DNA from: Candidatus Hebobacterum abditum
GTDB taxonomy: Bacteria; Armatimonadota; Hebobacteria; Hebobacterales; Hebobacteraceae
Length of the DNA stretch: 64,000 nt
Direction: 5' to 3'
NCBI GenBank assembly: GCA_029821875.1
Contig: JALGXW010000027.1
Location: 6,175 to 70,174, forward strand
Shown here: piece after piece, positions 45,792-55,219 of the stretch
How positions within the stretch are numbered: position 1 is the first letter of the stretch
How the letters are laid out: the number at the start of each line of letters is the position of its first letter
Position numbers and translations under genes: made by a program
Notes under the pieces: generated by a model
What the model saw: the letters and a program-made list of their open reading frames with translations, nothing else
The model's database searches: none
Told to the model about the DNA's origin: nothing

Positions 45792-47687
45792 TCAGGTCAG
45801 GCGGTCCTCGAATGACTTCGCCGTCTCAGCCGGAGGGAGGCCGTCCTCGCTCCAGCCGCGCCTCTGATAGTAGAGGTCCAGCAGCTCCTCGTATTGCCCG
45901 CGATCCACGACTCTCCCCGCGTACTGCCCCCCTTCGATGGGGCGGTCGAACATCCGGGGGGCCGGATAGTCATCCTTTCGACTGATGCCGCGCGACACGC
46001 TGATGAGACGGGTCAGATCCCAGAGGGCACGCGACCTCTCGAGCAGTTCGTCCAGCCTATGCGGCACTCCGGTCACAGCGCTGTAGTACTCAGCGTATCG
46101 CTGCTCATCGAACCCTAACTCTATCCACGGCAGTCGACAGACGCCCAGCATGTCGAACAGCGGCCGGATCGTCTGATGGTACATGACGATGTTCACCCGG
46201 TCCTCGTTTGTCCACTTGGCGCCCAGCTCCAGCTCCTTGCCAACCGTCCAGGCGCGCGTGTGGTGCGCCCCGATATCAGAAGTTCCGTAGGCCAGCGCCA
46301 TGGAGATCGTCGCACGTGCGTCGTAGGCCGACTGTTCCATGCCCTTCGTCTGCACCAGGATCGGGTCGAGCTGCGGCCACTTCTCGAGGACCGCCTTCGA
46401 GCCGCCGGCCAACACGTCGCCGACGCCTTCGCGGTTCGCTATCTTCTCCAGGAGGGTCGTGATCTGGTCGGAGTTCCCCCACTCCAGCTTCATGCCGTCG
46501 ACGTCGCTGGGACGCAACAGCCCAGTGTCCACGGCCTCGATCATGGTCCCGACCAGCACCCCGGCCGAGATCGTGTCGATGCCAAGCTCGTCGCAGAGCT
46601 GATTGCCCTTGAGGATGGCCGCGAAGTCCGACACGCCGAGATTGGATCCGAGCGTGCAGGCGCTCTCGTATTCCGGCCCCTCGGTGATGGTGCCCTTGTA
46701 CTTGCCGTTCTTCACCAAGCAGATATTGCCGCACGACATCGGGCACCCGAAGCAGGCGGTGTCGCCGATCTTGAATTCCCGCTCCATCTTGAAGCCGTCA
46801 ATCTGCTCGGCGTGCTCGAAGACGTTCTGCTGGAAGTTGCGCGTGGGCAGGCCCCCGGCCGTGTTCAGGTAGTCCACGACCGACATCAGGCCCTGTTGCT
46901 GCCAGAACTCGAATAGGGGATGATCTGACAGGTCCCTCAGCGACGTCTCGGTCAGAAGCCGCAGCTCGGACGCGTCGGCGACGGGGAGGTCCTGCCCGCC
47001 GCGCACGGCGATGGCCTTGATGTTCTTCGACCCGAGCACCGCGCCCATACCACAGCGGCCGGCGTTTCGGCCCCAATCGCAGTTGATGCTGGCGAAGCGG
47101 ACCAGCTTCTCGCCCGCCGGTCCTATTGCAGCGACGCGCACCTCCTCGCTCTGCAGCGCCTCCTTTACGGCGCGTTCGGTGTCGAGCGCGCCCTTGCCGG
47201 CCAGGTCGGGAGCGGGCACGAGTTCCACGTCATCGTCGTCGATCCAGAGGTAGCTCAGCTTCTCGGCGCGGCCGGTGAGCACCAACGCATCGTAGCCCGC
47301 CTGGCGAAGCTCCGACCCGAAGTTGCCACCCATGTTGCTGTCGCCGTAGATGCCTGTCAGCGGCGCAAGGGCAACGAGGTGAGTCTTCGCCGCGCCCGGC
47401 AGGAAGAGCCCCGTGAGGGGGCCGGGCGCAATGGTGAGGATGTTCTCCGGCCCCAGCGGGTCCTTGATCTTGCCCAGGTGGTCGTAGAGTATCTTTGCGC
47501 CGAAGCCGCGGCCGCCCATGTACTTCAGGGCGAAGTCGTCGCCGAAGGGCACGATTCGGCTCTCGCCGGAGGTGAGGTCGACCCAGAGGATCCGGCGATG
47601 GTAGCCGCCCTGCAGCTGGGGACTAGTCGCTTTGCTCGCGGCCGATTTCCGCGTAGCGGAGCTTCTTCCGCTCGCCTTTCTCGACAT
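45792..47687 (-). CDS. Aldehyde:ferredoxin oxidoreductase family (W/Mo)
   Basis: RILWVDL, GGRG, AGRCGMGAVLGSKNIKA, CFGCPMSC, EYE, DELGIDTIS; start uncertain. Confidence 0.92.
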   Translation of the reverse strand: MSRKASGRSSATRKSAASKATSPQLQGGYHRRILWVDLTSGESRIVPFGDDFALKYMGGRGFGAKILYDHLGKIKDPLGPENILTIAPGPLTGLFLPGAAKTHLVALAPLTGIYGDSNMGGNFGSELRQAGYDALVLTGRAEKLSYLWIDDDDVELVPAPDLAGKGALDTERAVKEALQSEEVRVAAIGPAGEKLVRFASINCDWGRNAGRCGMGAVLGSKNIKAIAVRGGQDLPVADASELRLLTETSLRDLSDHPLFEFWQQQGLMSVVDYLNTAGGLPTRNFQQNVFEHAEQIDGFKMEREFKIGDTACFGCPMSCGNICLVKNGKYKGTITEGPEYESACTLGSNLGVSDFAAILKGNQLCDELGIDTISAGVLVGTMIEAVDTGLLRPSDVDGMKLEWGNSDQITTLLEKIANREGVGDVLAGGSKAVLEKWPQLDPILVQTKGMEQSAYDARATISMALAYGTSDIGAHHTRAWTVGKELELGAKWTNEDRVNIVMYHQTIRPLFDMLGVCRLPWIELGFDEQRYAEYYSAVTGVPHRLDELLERSRALWDLTRLISVSRGISRKDDYPAPRMFDRPIEGGQYAGRVVDRGQYEELLDLYYQRRGWSEDGLPPAETAKSFEDRLT

Positions 47688-48159
47688 ATTCAACCTCTTT
47701 CATGTGGGCGTAGCGTAGCACCGCAGCGACCCTGTTGGCCTCGCCGAGTTCGTGCTCCGGCACATACTGAAGGGCGCCCTTCGGACACTGCTGAGCGCAC
47801 TGGGGATGTCCGCCGCAAAGGTCGCATTTGAACGGCACCGGGATATCATCGTGAACGAATATCGCACCGAATGGACAGGAAATCACGCACTGACGACAAG
47901 AGACACACATCTCGCCGTCGATCCGGACGACCCCGTCCTCCAGGGTGATGGCATCTGTCGGGCAGTTCTCCCGGCACTTCGGCTGCGCGCACTGCCGGCA
48001 GGCAACCGGCATGCGGATGACAGGGTGCGGGTAGAGCGCAATCACGCGAATCGCCGACTTCTTGGGGTTGCTGACACCGAAATGCTGCAACGCGCACACA
48101 GACTCGCAGAGCCGACAGCCCGAACACCGCTCGGGAACAACGCTCAGTCTCTTCGGCAC
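47623..48159 (-). CDS. 4Fe-4S dicluster protein (AOR-associated)
   Basis: CSGCRLCESVC, CRQCAQPKC...CP, CVSCRQCVISCP, KCDLC...CP; GTG start after AGGAG. Confidence 0.9.
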   Translation of the reverse strand: MPKRLSVVPERCSGCRLCESVCALQHFGVSNPKKSAIRVIALYPHPVIRMPVACRQCAQPKCRENCPTDAITLEDGVVRIDGEMCVSCRQCVISCPFGAIFVHDDIPVPFKCDLCGGHPQCAQQCPKGALQYVPEHELGEANRVAAVLRYAHMKEVEYVEKGERKKLRYAEIGREQSD

Positions 48160-48436
48160 CGGTTTCTCCTGCCACGGGGAAGTCCATCGGCCGGGGAAAC
48201 GCCCGGTCACGGCCGCACCCAACACCCTCCCGCAGAGTAGTTCTTCCTACGCGGGAGAATCCCCTTGCGGGCGCGGCCTTGGCAGGCAGCATGTCATCCG
48301 CTGGAGACTGAGGTGGGGCTGAGAGCAACGCGCCCCGGCCGCGCCGGGGGCGCGACCTTGCAGGGAAGGCTTCGGGCCCGTGGAACGCCAAGCGAGTGGC
48401 GGGGAGACTCTACTCGTATGTCGTGGAGGATCATTG

Positions 48437-50035
48437 ATGCAGTGCTGGCTGTCTAGTTCGCTCTTGAGGCACTACCCTTCGTCCCGCCCGCGTCGTCGGC
48501 AGACCCTGAGCATACACGCGGCGCGCGGCGAGCAGGTCTCCTTTCAGTGTGTCTTTCGGACTGGCGACGATCCCCAGGAGGTGACGGCCGCCGCCGAAGC
48601 TGAGTCACTCGATGTGCAGGTGCGTCGAGTGGGCTATGTGCCGGTTCCTCACTTCAATGCCGAGACGCCACTGGAGGAGCGGGATGGAGTCGGCCACGTG
48701 CCAGGGTACGTCCCCGACCCGCTGTTTCCAGACTCTACGCTCCAGGCCGGGCCGCACGAAACCAACGCGTTCTGGGTAACCGTTCGCGTCCCAAAGGAGG
48801 CGAAGCCGGGCGTCCATCGGGTGCCGATCACGTTGACGCCCAAGGGCGGGGAGGCGTGCACTTTGACGCCCTCCGTCCGAGTGCATCAGGCGACCATCCA
48901 GCCGCGGCGGGACTTCCCCGTCACGCACTGGTTCTATGCCGACGCGCTGTGCGACTGGTATCGCGTCGAGCCTTTCGAAGCAGACTTCTGGCCCATCGTC
49001 GAGAAATACCTCGCCGATCTGGCCGCACACAATCTCGATGTCTCTCACACACCGCTATTCACACCACCGACCGATGGCGTGAAGCGGCCCAACCAGCTCC
49101 TGGACGTCCGCCGCGATGGCGACGGTTACGTGTTCGAGTGGTCACTTGTGCGGAAGTGGGTGAAGACGGCGAGGAAGCAGGGACTGAAGTACTTCGAGTG
49201 GCCGCACCTCTTCACCCAGTGGGGCGCGAAGCACGCCATCCGCATCTACGAGGGACAGGGCGGCAGCGAGAACCTGCTCTGGGACCCGGATACGATGGGG
49301 GTATCGCCGACGTATCACAGCTTCCTCAGCCAGTTCCTCCCCGAGTTCAAGCGCTTTCTGGAGACTGAGGATCTGATGGATGTGAGCTTCTTTCACCTCT
49401 CGGATGAGCCGCACGGAGAGGAGGCGCTGCAAAACTACCGTGGTGCGCGGCAGATGCTTCGCGAGCTCGCCCCCTGGATGATGATGATGGACGCGCTGTC
49501 CGACATCACATTCGCCCGCGAGGGCCTCACCGACATCCCGATCCCGCTTATCGCACGAGCGCCGGAGTTCCTGCAGGAGGGCTATCCGGCCTGGGTGTAC
49601 CACTGGGGCGGCCCGAAGGGCCGGTACGCTCAGCGGCTGCTCGACACCCCGCTGGCCAAGACACGGATGTTTGGCTGGCTTTTCTACCGCACCGGAGCGC
49701 GAGGCTTCCTCCAGTGGGGCTACAACTACTGGTACAAGAGCCAGACCCGCGAGATGATCGATCCCTTCCAGGTCACCGATGCGCTCCGGTGGCCCGACTG
49801 GTCTTACGGCGATCCCTTCATGGTCTATCCGGGCGACGACGGGCCGATAGACTGTCTTCGTTGGGAAGTCTTCGCAGAGTCACTCCAGGACTACGCGCTG
49901 CTGCAGACGGCCGGCGTCGACCCCGATGATGAACTGCTGGCCGACCTCAAAGACTATGCCGACTTCCCGCGCGAGGAGTCCTGGCTTCGCGATCGGCGGA
50001 GGCGACTGCTCGCCGCCCTCGATGAGGGGTCATAG
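48437..50035 (+). CDS. DUF4091 / GH123-like putative glycoside hydrolase
   Basis: ARGEQVSFQ, PDPL, HWFYAD, HLSDEP, GFLQWGYNYW, GDPFMVYPG, LRWE...QDY. Confidence 0.8.
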   Translation: MQCWLSSSLLRHYPSSRPRRRQTLSIHAARGEQVSFQCVFRTGDDPQEVTAAAEAESLDVQVRRVGYVPVPHFNAETPLEERDGVGHVPGYVPDPLFPDSTLQAGPHETNAFWVTVRVPKEAKPGVHRVPITLTPKGGEACTLTPSVRVHQATIQPRRDFPVTHWFYADALCDWYRVEPFEADFWPIVEKYLADLAAHNLDVSHTPLFTPPTDGVKRPNQLLDVRRDGDGYVFEWSLVRKWVKTARKQGLKYFEWPHLFTQWGAKHAIRIYEGQGGSENLLWDPDTMGVSPTYHSFLSQFLPEFKRFLETEDLMDVSFFHLSDEPHGEEALQNYRGARQMLRELAPWMMMMDALSDITFAREGLTDIPIPLIARAPEFLQEGYPAWVYHWGGPKGRYAQRLLDTPLAKTRMFGWLFYRTGARGFLQWGYNYWYKSQTREMIDPFQVTDALRWPDWSYGDPFMVYPGDDGPIDCLRWEVFAESLQDYALLQTAGVDPDDELLADLKDYADFPREESWLRDRRRRLLAALDEGS

Positions 50036-50080
50036 GCAGCGGCGCCGATCCCAGGCCGCTGGACGAGTTGAGGAGAGAAG

Positions 50081-51142
50081 ATGCCCTACCCCAACTTCGT
50101 GCCCTCTCCAGACTTCGGACGGTTGGAGAAGACGCTGGCCAGAGGAGTGCCCGACCGGGTGCCGTTCATTGAACTCTTCATCGACGAGGAGGTCATGATC
50201 GCCATCCGAGAGGCGCCCTTCTCTGGTGACCCGCGGCAGCGCTGTCGTGAGATGGCGGAGCTCTATCTCCGTCTTGGGTATGACTACGTGCCAGCCGGGA
50301 TCTACTTCGGGTTCCCCTACCGGACCGTGACAGTTGCCGACACCGCGCGGCTGTCGCGAGGGGAAAGGGCGTGGGTGGACGAGAGTCACGGCGCGATCGA
50401 GACCTGGGATGACTTCGAGCGCTACGCGTGGCCGACGCCGACTGACGAAACCTACGCGCCCCTCGACCATGCGGCCAAGGCTCTGCCCGAAGGGATGAAG
50501 CTGATCCCGCACGGGCCGGGCGGTGTCCTGGAGAACGTCATGTGGCTCATGGGATACGAGCCGATGAGCTACGCGATGGCCGATCAGGCCGACCTTGTAC
50601 AGGCCATGTTCGACCGGGTGGGAGACATACTCGTCGGGATCTTCGGCACCATGGCCAGCCACGAGGCAGTTGGTGCCGTGTTCCTGGGAGATGACATGGG
50701 GTTCAAGACGCAGCCGATGATCTCTCCCGCCGACCTGCGAAAGTACGTCTTCCCGTGGCAGCGCAAGATCGCGCAGGCCGTTCACGCGCATGGCAAGCCA
50801 TTTCTTCTTCATGCCTGTGGCAATCTCGAATCCGTCATGGATGATCTGATCGATGATGTCGGCATCGATGGCAAGCACAGCTTCGAAGACGTTATCGTGC
50901 CGGTGACGAAGGCCAAGGAGCGTTGGGGAGATCGCATAGCGGTGCTTGGGGGCATAGACATCGACTTTCTGACCCGCGCTGACCCAGACGCAGTCCGAAC
51001 CAGGACGCGGGAAGTGCTGGCGGCGTGCATGCCGAAAGGCGGATATGCTCTCGGGAGCGGGAACTCGGTCGCCAACTACGTCCCGGTGGAGAACTACCTC
51101 GCCATGCTCGAAGAGGGCTGGTGCGCCGGCGTCTACGCATAG
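50081..51142 (+). CDS. Uroporphyrinogen decarboxylase (URO-D/MtaA) family protein
   Basis: PDRVP, GDDMG, LHACGN, LGGID, GSGNS. Confidence 0.88.
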   Translation: MPYPNFVPSPDFGRLEKTLARGVPDRVPFIELFIDEEVMIAIREAPFSGDPRQRCREMAELYLRLGYDYVPAGIYFGFPYRTVTVADTARLSRGERAWVDESHGAIETWDDFERYAWPTPTDETYAPLDHAAKALPEGMKLIPHGPGGVLENVMWLMGYEPMSYAMADQADLVQAMFDRVGDILVGIFGTMASHEAVGAVFLGDDMGFKTQPMISPADLRKYVFPWQRKIAQAVHAHGKPFLLHACGNLESVMDDLIDDVGIDGKHSFEDVIVPVTKAKERWGDRIAVLGGIDIDFLTRADPDAVRTRTREVLAACMPKGGYALGSGNSVANYVPVENYLAMLEEGWCAGVYA

Positions 51143-51151
51143 GGGCCGAAC

Positions 51152-51826
51152 TTGGTGGGAGATAAGGGTGTGATAGCGAAACCCAAGCTCGAACGCTGCG
51201 CGATCGGTTTGCCCTTCGCCCTCATCTCGGCCCTCGCTGCGACGTCAGCGTGGCCGCGCCCGTGGCTTCTCATAGTTTGTGTGCTCGTCTCGGCCGCGGC
51301 CGCTACGCTATGTGCGGCCATCTACGCTATCCGCCGATGGCTGCGGGGATGGGTGCACTGGGCTGCGGGACTCTGCCTGGCGCCCGTCCCTGTCGCGACA
51401 TGGGTCGCGGCGGGCGCTCGCCTCGAGTTGGCGCCGCTCCTGCTGGCCGGCGCGCTCGTGTTCTGGGTGGCCGGGTTCGACATCATCTATGCATGCGACA
51501 GCGCTCAGGTCGATCGCGAGAGAGGGATCTTCACTGTGCCCGCACGCTGGGGCGCACGCAAGTCGCTGGTGCTCGCATTGCTGAATCATGTAATCGCCCT
51601 GTGGCTGCTCGCCTTGTTCGGGTGGATCGGACCCGTAGGATGGCTCTTCCTGGTTGGAGTGATCGTGATCTCTTTCGGTCTCTACCTCCTCCACCGCACA
51701 CTTCGCCCGGAGCGCTTCCCGGGAGCAGCCTCGAGCGCGGCTCTGATGAGTCTTGTGCTGAGTCTGATATTGCTGGCCTTCACGGCCGCCGCCGTCCTGG
51801 TCATCGGTGGACCTGTGCTGATCTAG
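51152..51826 (+). CDS. UbiA-family prenyltransferase (MqnP-like), apparently with an internal deletion
   Basis: KLERCAIGLPFA resembles KFEHTVFALPFA; FWVAGFDIIYAC...DRERGIFTVPARWG; first Asp-rich motif absent. Confidence 0.65.
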   Translation: MVGDKGVIAKPKLERCAIGLPFALISALAATSAWPRPWLLIVCVLVSAAAATLCAAIYAIRRWLRGWVHWAAGLCLAPVPVATWVAAGARLELAPLLLAGALVFWVAGFDIIYACDSAQVDRERGIFTVPARWGARKSLVLALLNHVIALWLLALFGWIGPVGWLFLVGVIVISFGLYLLHRTLRPERFPGAASSAALMSLVLSLILLAFTAAAVLVIGGPVLI

Positions 51827-52046
51827 CGGATGCGCGGCCCTGGATGCGGTCGCTCCCGGAATGGTATTCCTCAGTGGACGGCCGGCCCGGCGAATGTGCA
51901 GAGAGATGTTCAGGGAGTAGGATTCTGCTGTATCCCGAAGAGAATAACGTAGACTCACTCTCGCCGGCTCGGCCCGGCGGCGACCAGGCATCCGAACCGG
52001 AACGCTGGCTTGCTGGTGGATCTGGACGATGGTTGAGAGGGGCAGC

Positions 52047-52922
52047 ATGGTACCGCAAGATACGTTTGCGCTGATCGGAGGCAGCGGGGCGCTGGAACTC
52101 CTCCGGGAGTACCAACATAACTGCAAGCGGCTCGGCCCGGCGCCGACGCCGTTTGGCCTCTCGGCAGTGCTCTACCGGGTGCGCATTCAGGACGCACATT
52201 TCGTCTTCTTGCCTCGCCACGGTGAGTTCGGACACGAGCTCGCTGCGCCGTGGGTGAACTACCGGGCGAACATCTATGCTCTCCGGGAGCAGGGCGTCTT
52301 CCGCGTCTTCGCGTGGTCCGGTTCGGCCGCGATCAACCTCTCTTTGTCAGTGGGCCAGTATGTGCTCCCCCATGATCTCATCGACGACACGAGAGGGCGC
52401 GAGACCTCCTTCTTCAAGGGGACGCGCTTGGGCGCCATTCGCCAGCACCCTGTCTTCTGCGGCGAGATGAGGGCCGCGACCGAGAGCGTGCTGCGGATGG
52501 CGCAGATGCCCCATCAGGACCACGGCACCTATGTGTGTGCGCAAGGCCCGCGTCTCGAGACACCGGCTGAGGTCCGCCGAGCGCGATCCTGGGGCGGCGA
52601 TCTCGCGGGGATGACCCTCGCCCCTGAGGCGTTCCTGGCTCGAGAACTCGAGATGTGCTACCTCCCGCTGTGCTACGTTGCTCGGCACGCCGAAGGGATC
52701 AAGGAGCGGGAGAAGCGGCCAGGGGAGCTTCTCGGGGAGGTGCTGGAGGAGGCCGAAACAGAAGCGGCCGAGGAGGCGCGGGCACGCTTCTTTGGGCTCG
52801 CAGCCGCGGTGTCCCGCGCGCTCCCGGACGAGCGCGGCTGCCAATGCGGCGCCATCATGGATCAGTATCGAGAAGAGGGCCGCCTCGAAGAGGACTGGCA
52901 CACATGGCTCGGCAAGCCGTGA
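52047..52922 (+). CDS. MTAP-family purine nucleoside phosphorylase
   Basis: IGGSG, TPFG, LPRHG, NYRANIYAL, GPRLETPAE, GMT..PEAFLARELEMCY. Confidence 0.85.
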   Translation: MVPQDTFALIGGSGALELLREYQHNCKRLGPAPTPFGLSAVLYRVRIQDAHFVFLPRHGEFGHELAAPWVNYRANIYALREQGVFRVFAWSGSAAINLSLSVGQYVLPHDLIDDTRGRETSFFKGTRLGAIRQHPVFCGEMRAATESVLRMAQMPHQDHGTYVCAQGPRLETPAEVRRARSWGGDLAGMTLAPEAFLARELEMCYLPLCYVARHAEGIKEREKRPGELLGEVLEEAETEAAEEARARFFGLAAAVSRALPDERGCQCGAIMDQYREEGRLEEDWHTWLGKP

Positions 52923-54013
52923 AACACCGCGACGTTGACTGGGACTTCGCTGACCTGGGCATGAAGGAGACCCAGGCCTCGACGCACTTCTTCCACCACT
53001 GGACGGCGAAGTTCATCCCGCAGATCCCAAGGCGCCTGATCGAGATGTATGCGCGGCCGGGGGATGTCGTGCTCGACCCGTTCATGGGCTGTGGCACGAC
53101 GCTGGTGGAGGCGGCCAGGCTTGGACACGATACGTGGGGCACCGACATCAACCCCCTGGCGGTGAAGATCGCGCGGGCAAAGACGGCCGGCATCCGGCAC
53201 AAGGTAGTTGGCGAATTCATCGAATGGCTCGACGAGGCCGCCGGGCGCCCTGAGCGTCACCTCGCGAGGTCGCGACACCTTTTCGACGGCAGCGACGAAT
53301 GGTTTCGGGAGGATGTTGCCCGCGCCATCAAGGCCATCCTGAACCGCGCGCGGCGTCTCGGCGGAAACACGCGCAACTTCGTCGAGGTCGGCCTATCCGA
53401 CCTGCTCAAGGGCATGAGCAACGCGCGAATGGATCGGACGATGCCGACACTCCCGGACAGCCCGCGCTATCGTGACAAGAAACACTACCACCGTCCCGTT
53501 GACAACGACACGCGGGAGGTAAATGTCTTCGCTCGCGTGCGAGCCCAGCTTCGTCGGATGGAGCATGCTCTCCGCGAGTTCAGAGACGAGGCGACGGGGA
53601 GTGCTGCCCCGGTCCAGCATGACGCGCGCCGTCTCTGTTCGCTGGGACGAACGGCCCAGGTGGCGATCACCTCCCCGCCGTACTGGAGCGCCCAGAACTA
53701 CCAGAAGCTGCACTCACTCTCGTTTAGGACGCTTGGCCTAAAAGAGCCGGGCCGGGCCGAGATCGGACGGCGCGCACACGACTACCTGCCCGACATGGGC
53801 TCGGTCGTCGAGCAGTTGACCCAGGTGCTGGATGGCTACTTCGCGCTCGTCATCGGGGAATCCCAGGACGGCATACACGAGGCTGTGCGCGACCAGTGCC
53901 TGAGCGCTGGAATGCGGTTGGTGGACACGTCTACCCGGCGTCTGTCGAACCAGGCCTTCTTCGCCAAGGCCGTCAAGCGCGAACTCGTGTACGTGTTCGC
54001 CTGCAGTCGCTAA
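52919..54013 (+). CDS. Orphan amino-DNA methyltransferase (N4-C/N6-A)
   Basis: AKFIPQIP, VLDPFMGCGTT (motif I), GTDINP, ITSPPY (motif IV); GTG overlaps the upstream TGA. Confidence 0.8.
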   Translation: MKHRDVDWDFADLGMKETQASTHFFHHWTAKFIPQIPRRLIEMYARPGDVVLDPFMGCGTTLVEAARLGHDTWGTDINPLAVKIARAKTAGIRHKVVGEFIEWLDEAAGRPERHLARSRHLFDGSDEWFREDVARAIKAILNRARRLGGNTRNFVEVGLSDLLKGMSNARMDRTMPTLPDSPRYRDKKHYHRPVDNDTREVNVFARVRAQLRRMEHALREFRDEATGSAAPVQHDARRLCSLGRTAQVAITSPPYWSAQNYQKLHSLSFRTLGLKEPGRAEIGRRAHDYLPDMGSVVEQLTQVLDGYFALVIGESQDGIHEAVRDQCLSAGMRLVDTSTRRLSNQAFFAKAVKRELVYVFACSR

Positions 54014-55104
54014 TCGGCGGCCCGCCCGCGCCGGACCCTCATCATCTCCTCGAAGCGTTTCTTCGCAAGCTGAGGATTGAGGCGCTCGACCGCCAGGATG
54101 AACCAGTGAGTGGAGGCGCCTGGCTGGTCGAGGGCGATATCGCAGAGCCCGCGGAAGTAGGCCGGTAAGAAGTCGCGCGTGAAGCGTTCGGCGGCAATGC
54201 GCAGAGGCTCGCGCGCCTCCTCATAGCGCCCGCAATCGAACAGCGACGCGCCGAGGGGCAGCGCGATGTCGGCCTCCGCGCGGACCTCCTGAGGGAGGCG
54301 CAGGAACTGCTCGGCCGCGGCCTGCGGATTGCGGGCCTCCAGATAGGCCATCCCCAATCCGGCCGCCGTGTCTTGGAGGTCCGCGCCGGCTTTCTCCGCC
54401 TCCTGCAGCGCGGCTATCGCTTTGTCCCAGTCACGTACGGAGAAGGCTTCCTCTGCCTGCAGCCTCCACCACGCAGCCGGCCCGCGCAGCCGAGCGACGG
54501 GCCACAGCAGGATCCTCCTGACGGCGGAGGCGAATTGGAGCCCTAAGCCGGCGGGGCCCTCCTCCCGCGCGCCTTCGTCCGGCGTGAGCTGCTCGTCGAG
54601 TGATCGCGCCTCATCCGTATGGTCCCACAGGTACTGCTCCGCGAGGGTGAGGAGTCTGGCCTCGAGGCCCTCGTAGCCGTAGAGCATATGCGCGTCGATG
54701 AGCAGAGCGCCCTCTTCAATCCGGCCTGTCGCCAGCATGGCGAGCCCCAAATAGGACCGGACGAGGCGATTCTCCGGGTCAAGCTTGGCGGCAGCGGCGA
54801 ACCCCTTGCGCGCCTCTTCGTAACGCCCGGCGTCGTACTGGATCTGGCCGAGTACGAGCATCGGAGCGTGGCTCCCCGGCGCGAGCTCCACCGCCTGCCT
54901 CGCGGCTCCCACCGCTTCGCCCACCCGTCCCGCTGCGGCGAGCGCCTTCGCACGCTGCACATGTGCGCGGGCGTGCTTCGGGAAGATGGACAGAACGTCA
55001 TCGAAGGCCCTCGCGGCCTCGCCCCCCTTGCCGGAGCGTAGGAGCGAAGTCCCCTTGAAGTAGCGCCGGTCAGCTCGCAGCCAGTCGCTCAGACGCCGGG
55101 TCAT
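54010..55104 (-). CDS. TPR-repeat protein
   Basis: Repeated LG....GRYEEA...A..L.P patterns. Confidence 0.8.
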   Translation of the reverse strand: MTRRLSDWLRADRRYFKGTSLLRSGKGGEAARAFDDVLSIFPKHARAHVQRAKALAAAGRVGEAVGAARQAVELAPGSHAPMLVLGQIQYDAGRYEEARKGFAAAAKLDPENRLVRSYLGLAMLATGRIEEGALLIDAHMLYGYEGLEARLLTLAEQYLWDHTDEARSLDEQLTPDEGAREEGPAGLGLQFASAVRRILLWPVARLRGPAAWWRLQAEEAFSVRDWDKAIAALQEAEKAGADLQDTAAGLGMAYLEARNPQAAAEQFLRLPQEVRAEADIALPLGASLFDCGRYEEAREPLRIAAERFTRDFLPAYFRGLCDIALDQPGASTHWFILAVERLNPQLAKKRFEEMMRVRRGRAAD

Positions 55105-55219
55105 GGTCCCCGGCCTTCGGCGCTCCTCGCCCCCACTCCCCCCGAGGGCCGCCGGCCCCCCGCGAATATTCGTTTGGTGAGGGGTCTCTTGATGTGGCAT
55201 AACAGACCGGGAGTGGAAC

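Noticed and set aside
48160-48420. Moco/Wco riboswitch upstream of the AOR operon
   Set aside because: A GC hairpin is present (about 48330-48353) but the conserved riboswitch motifs were not found.
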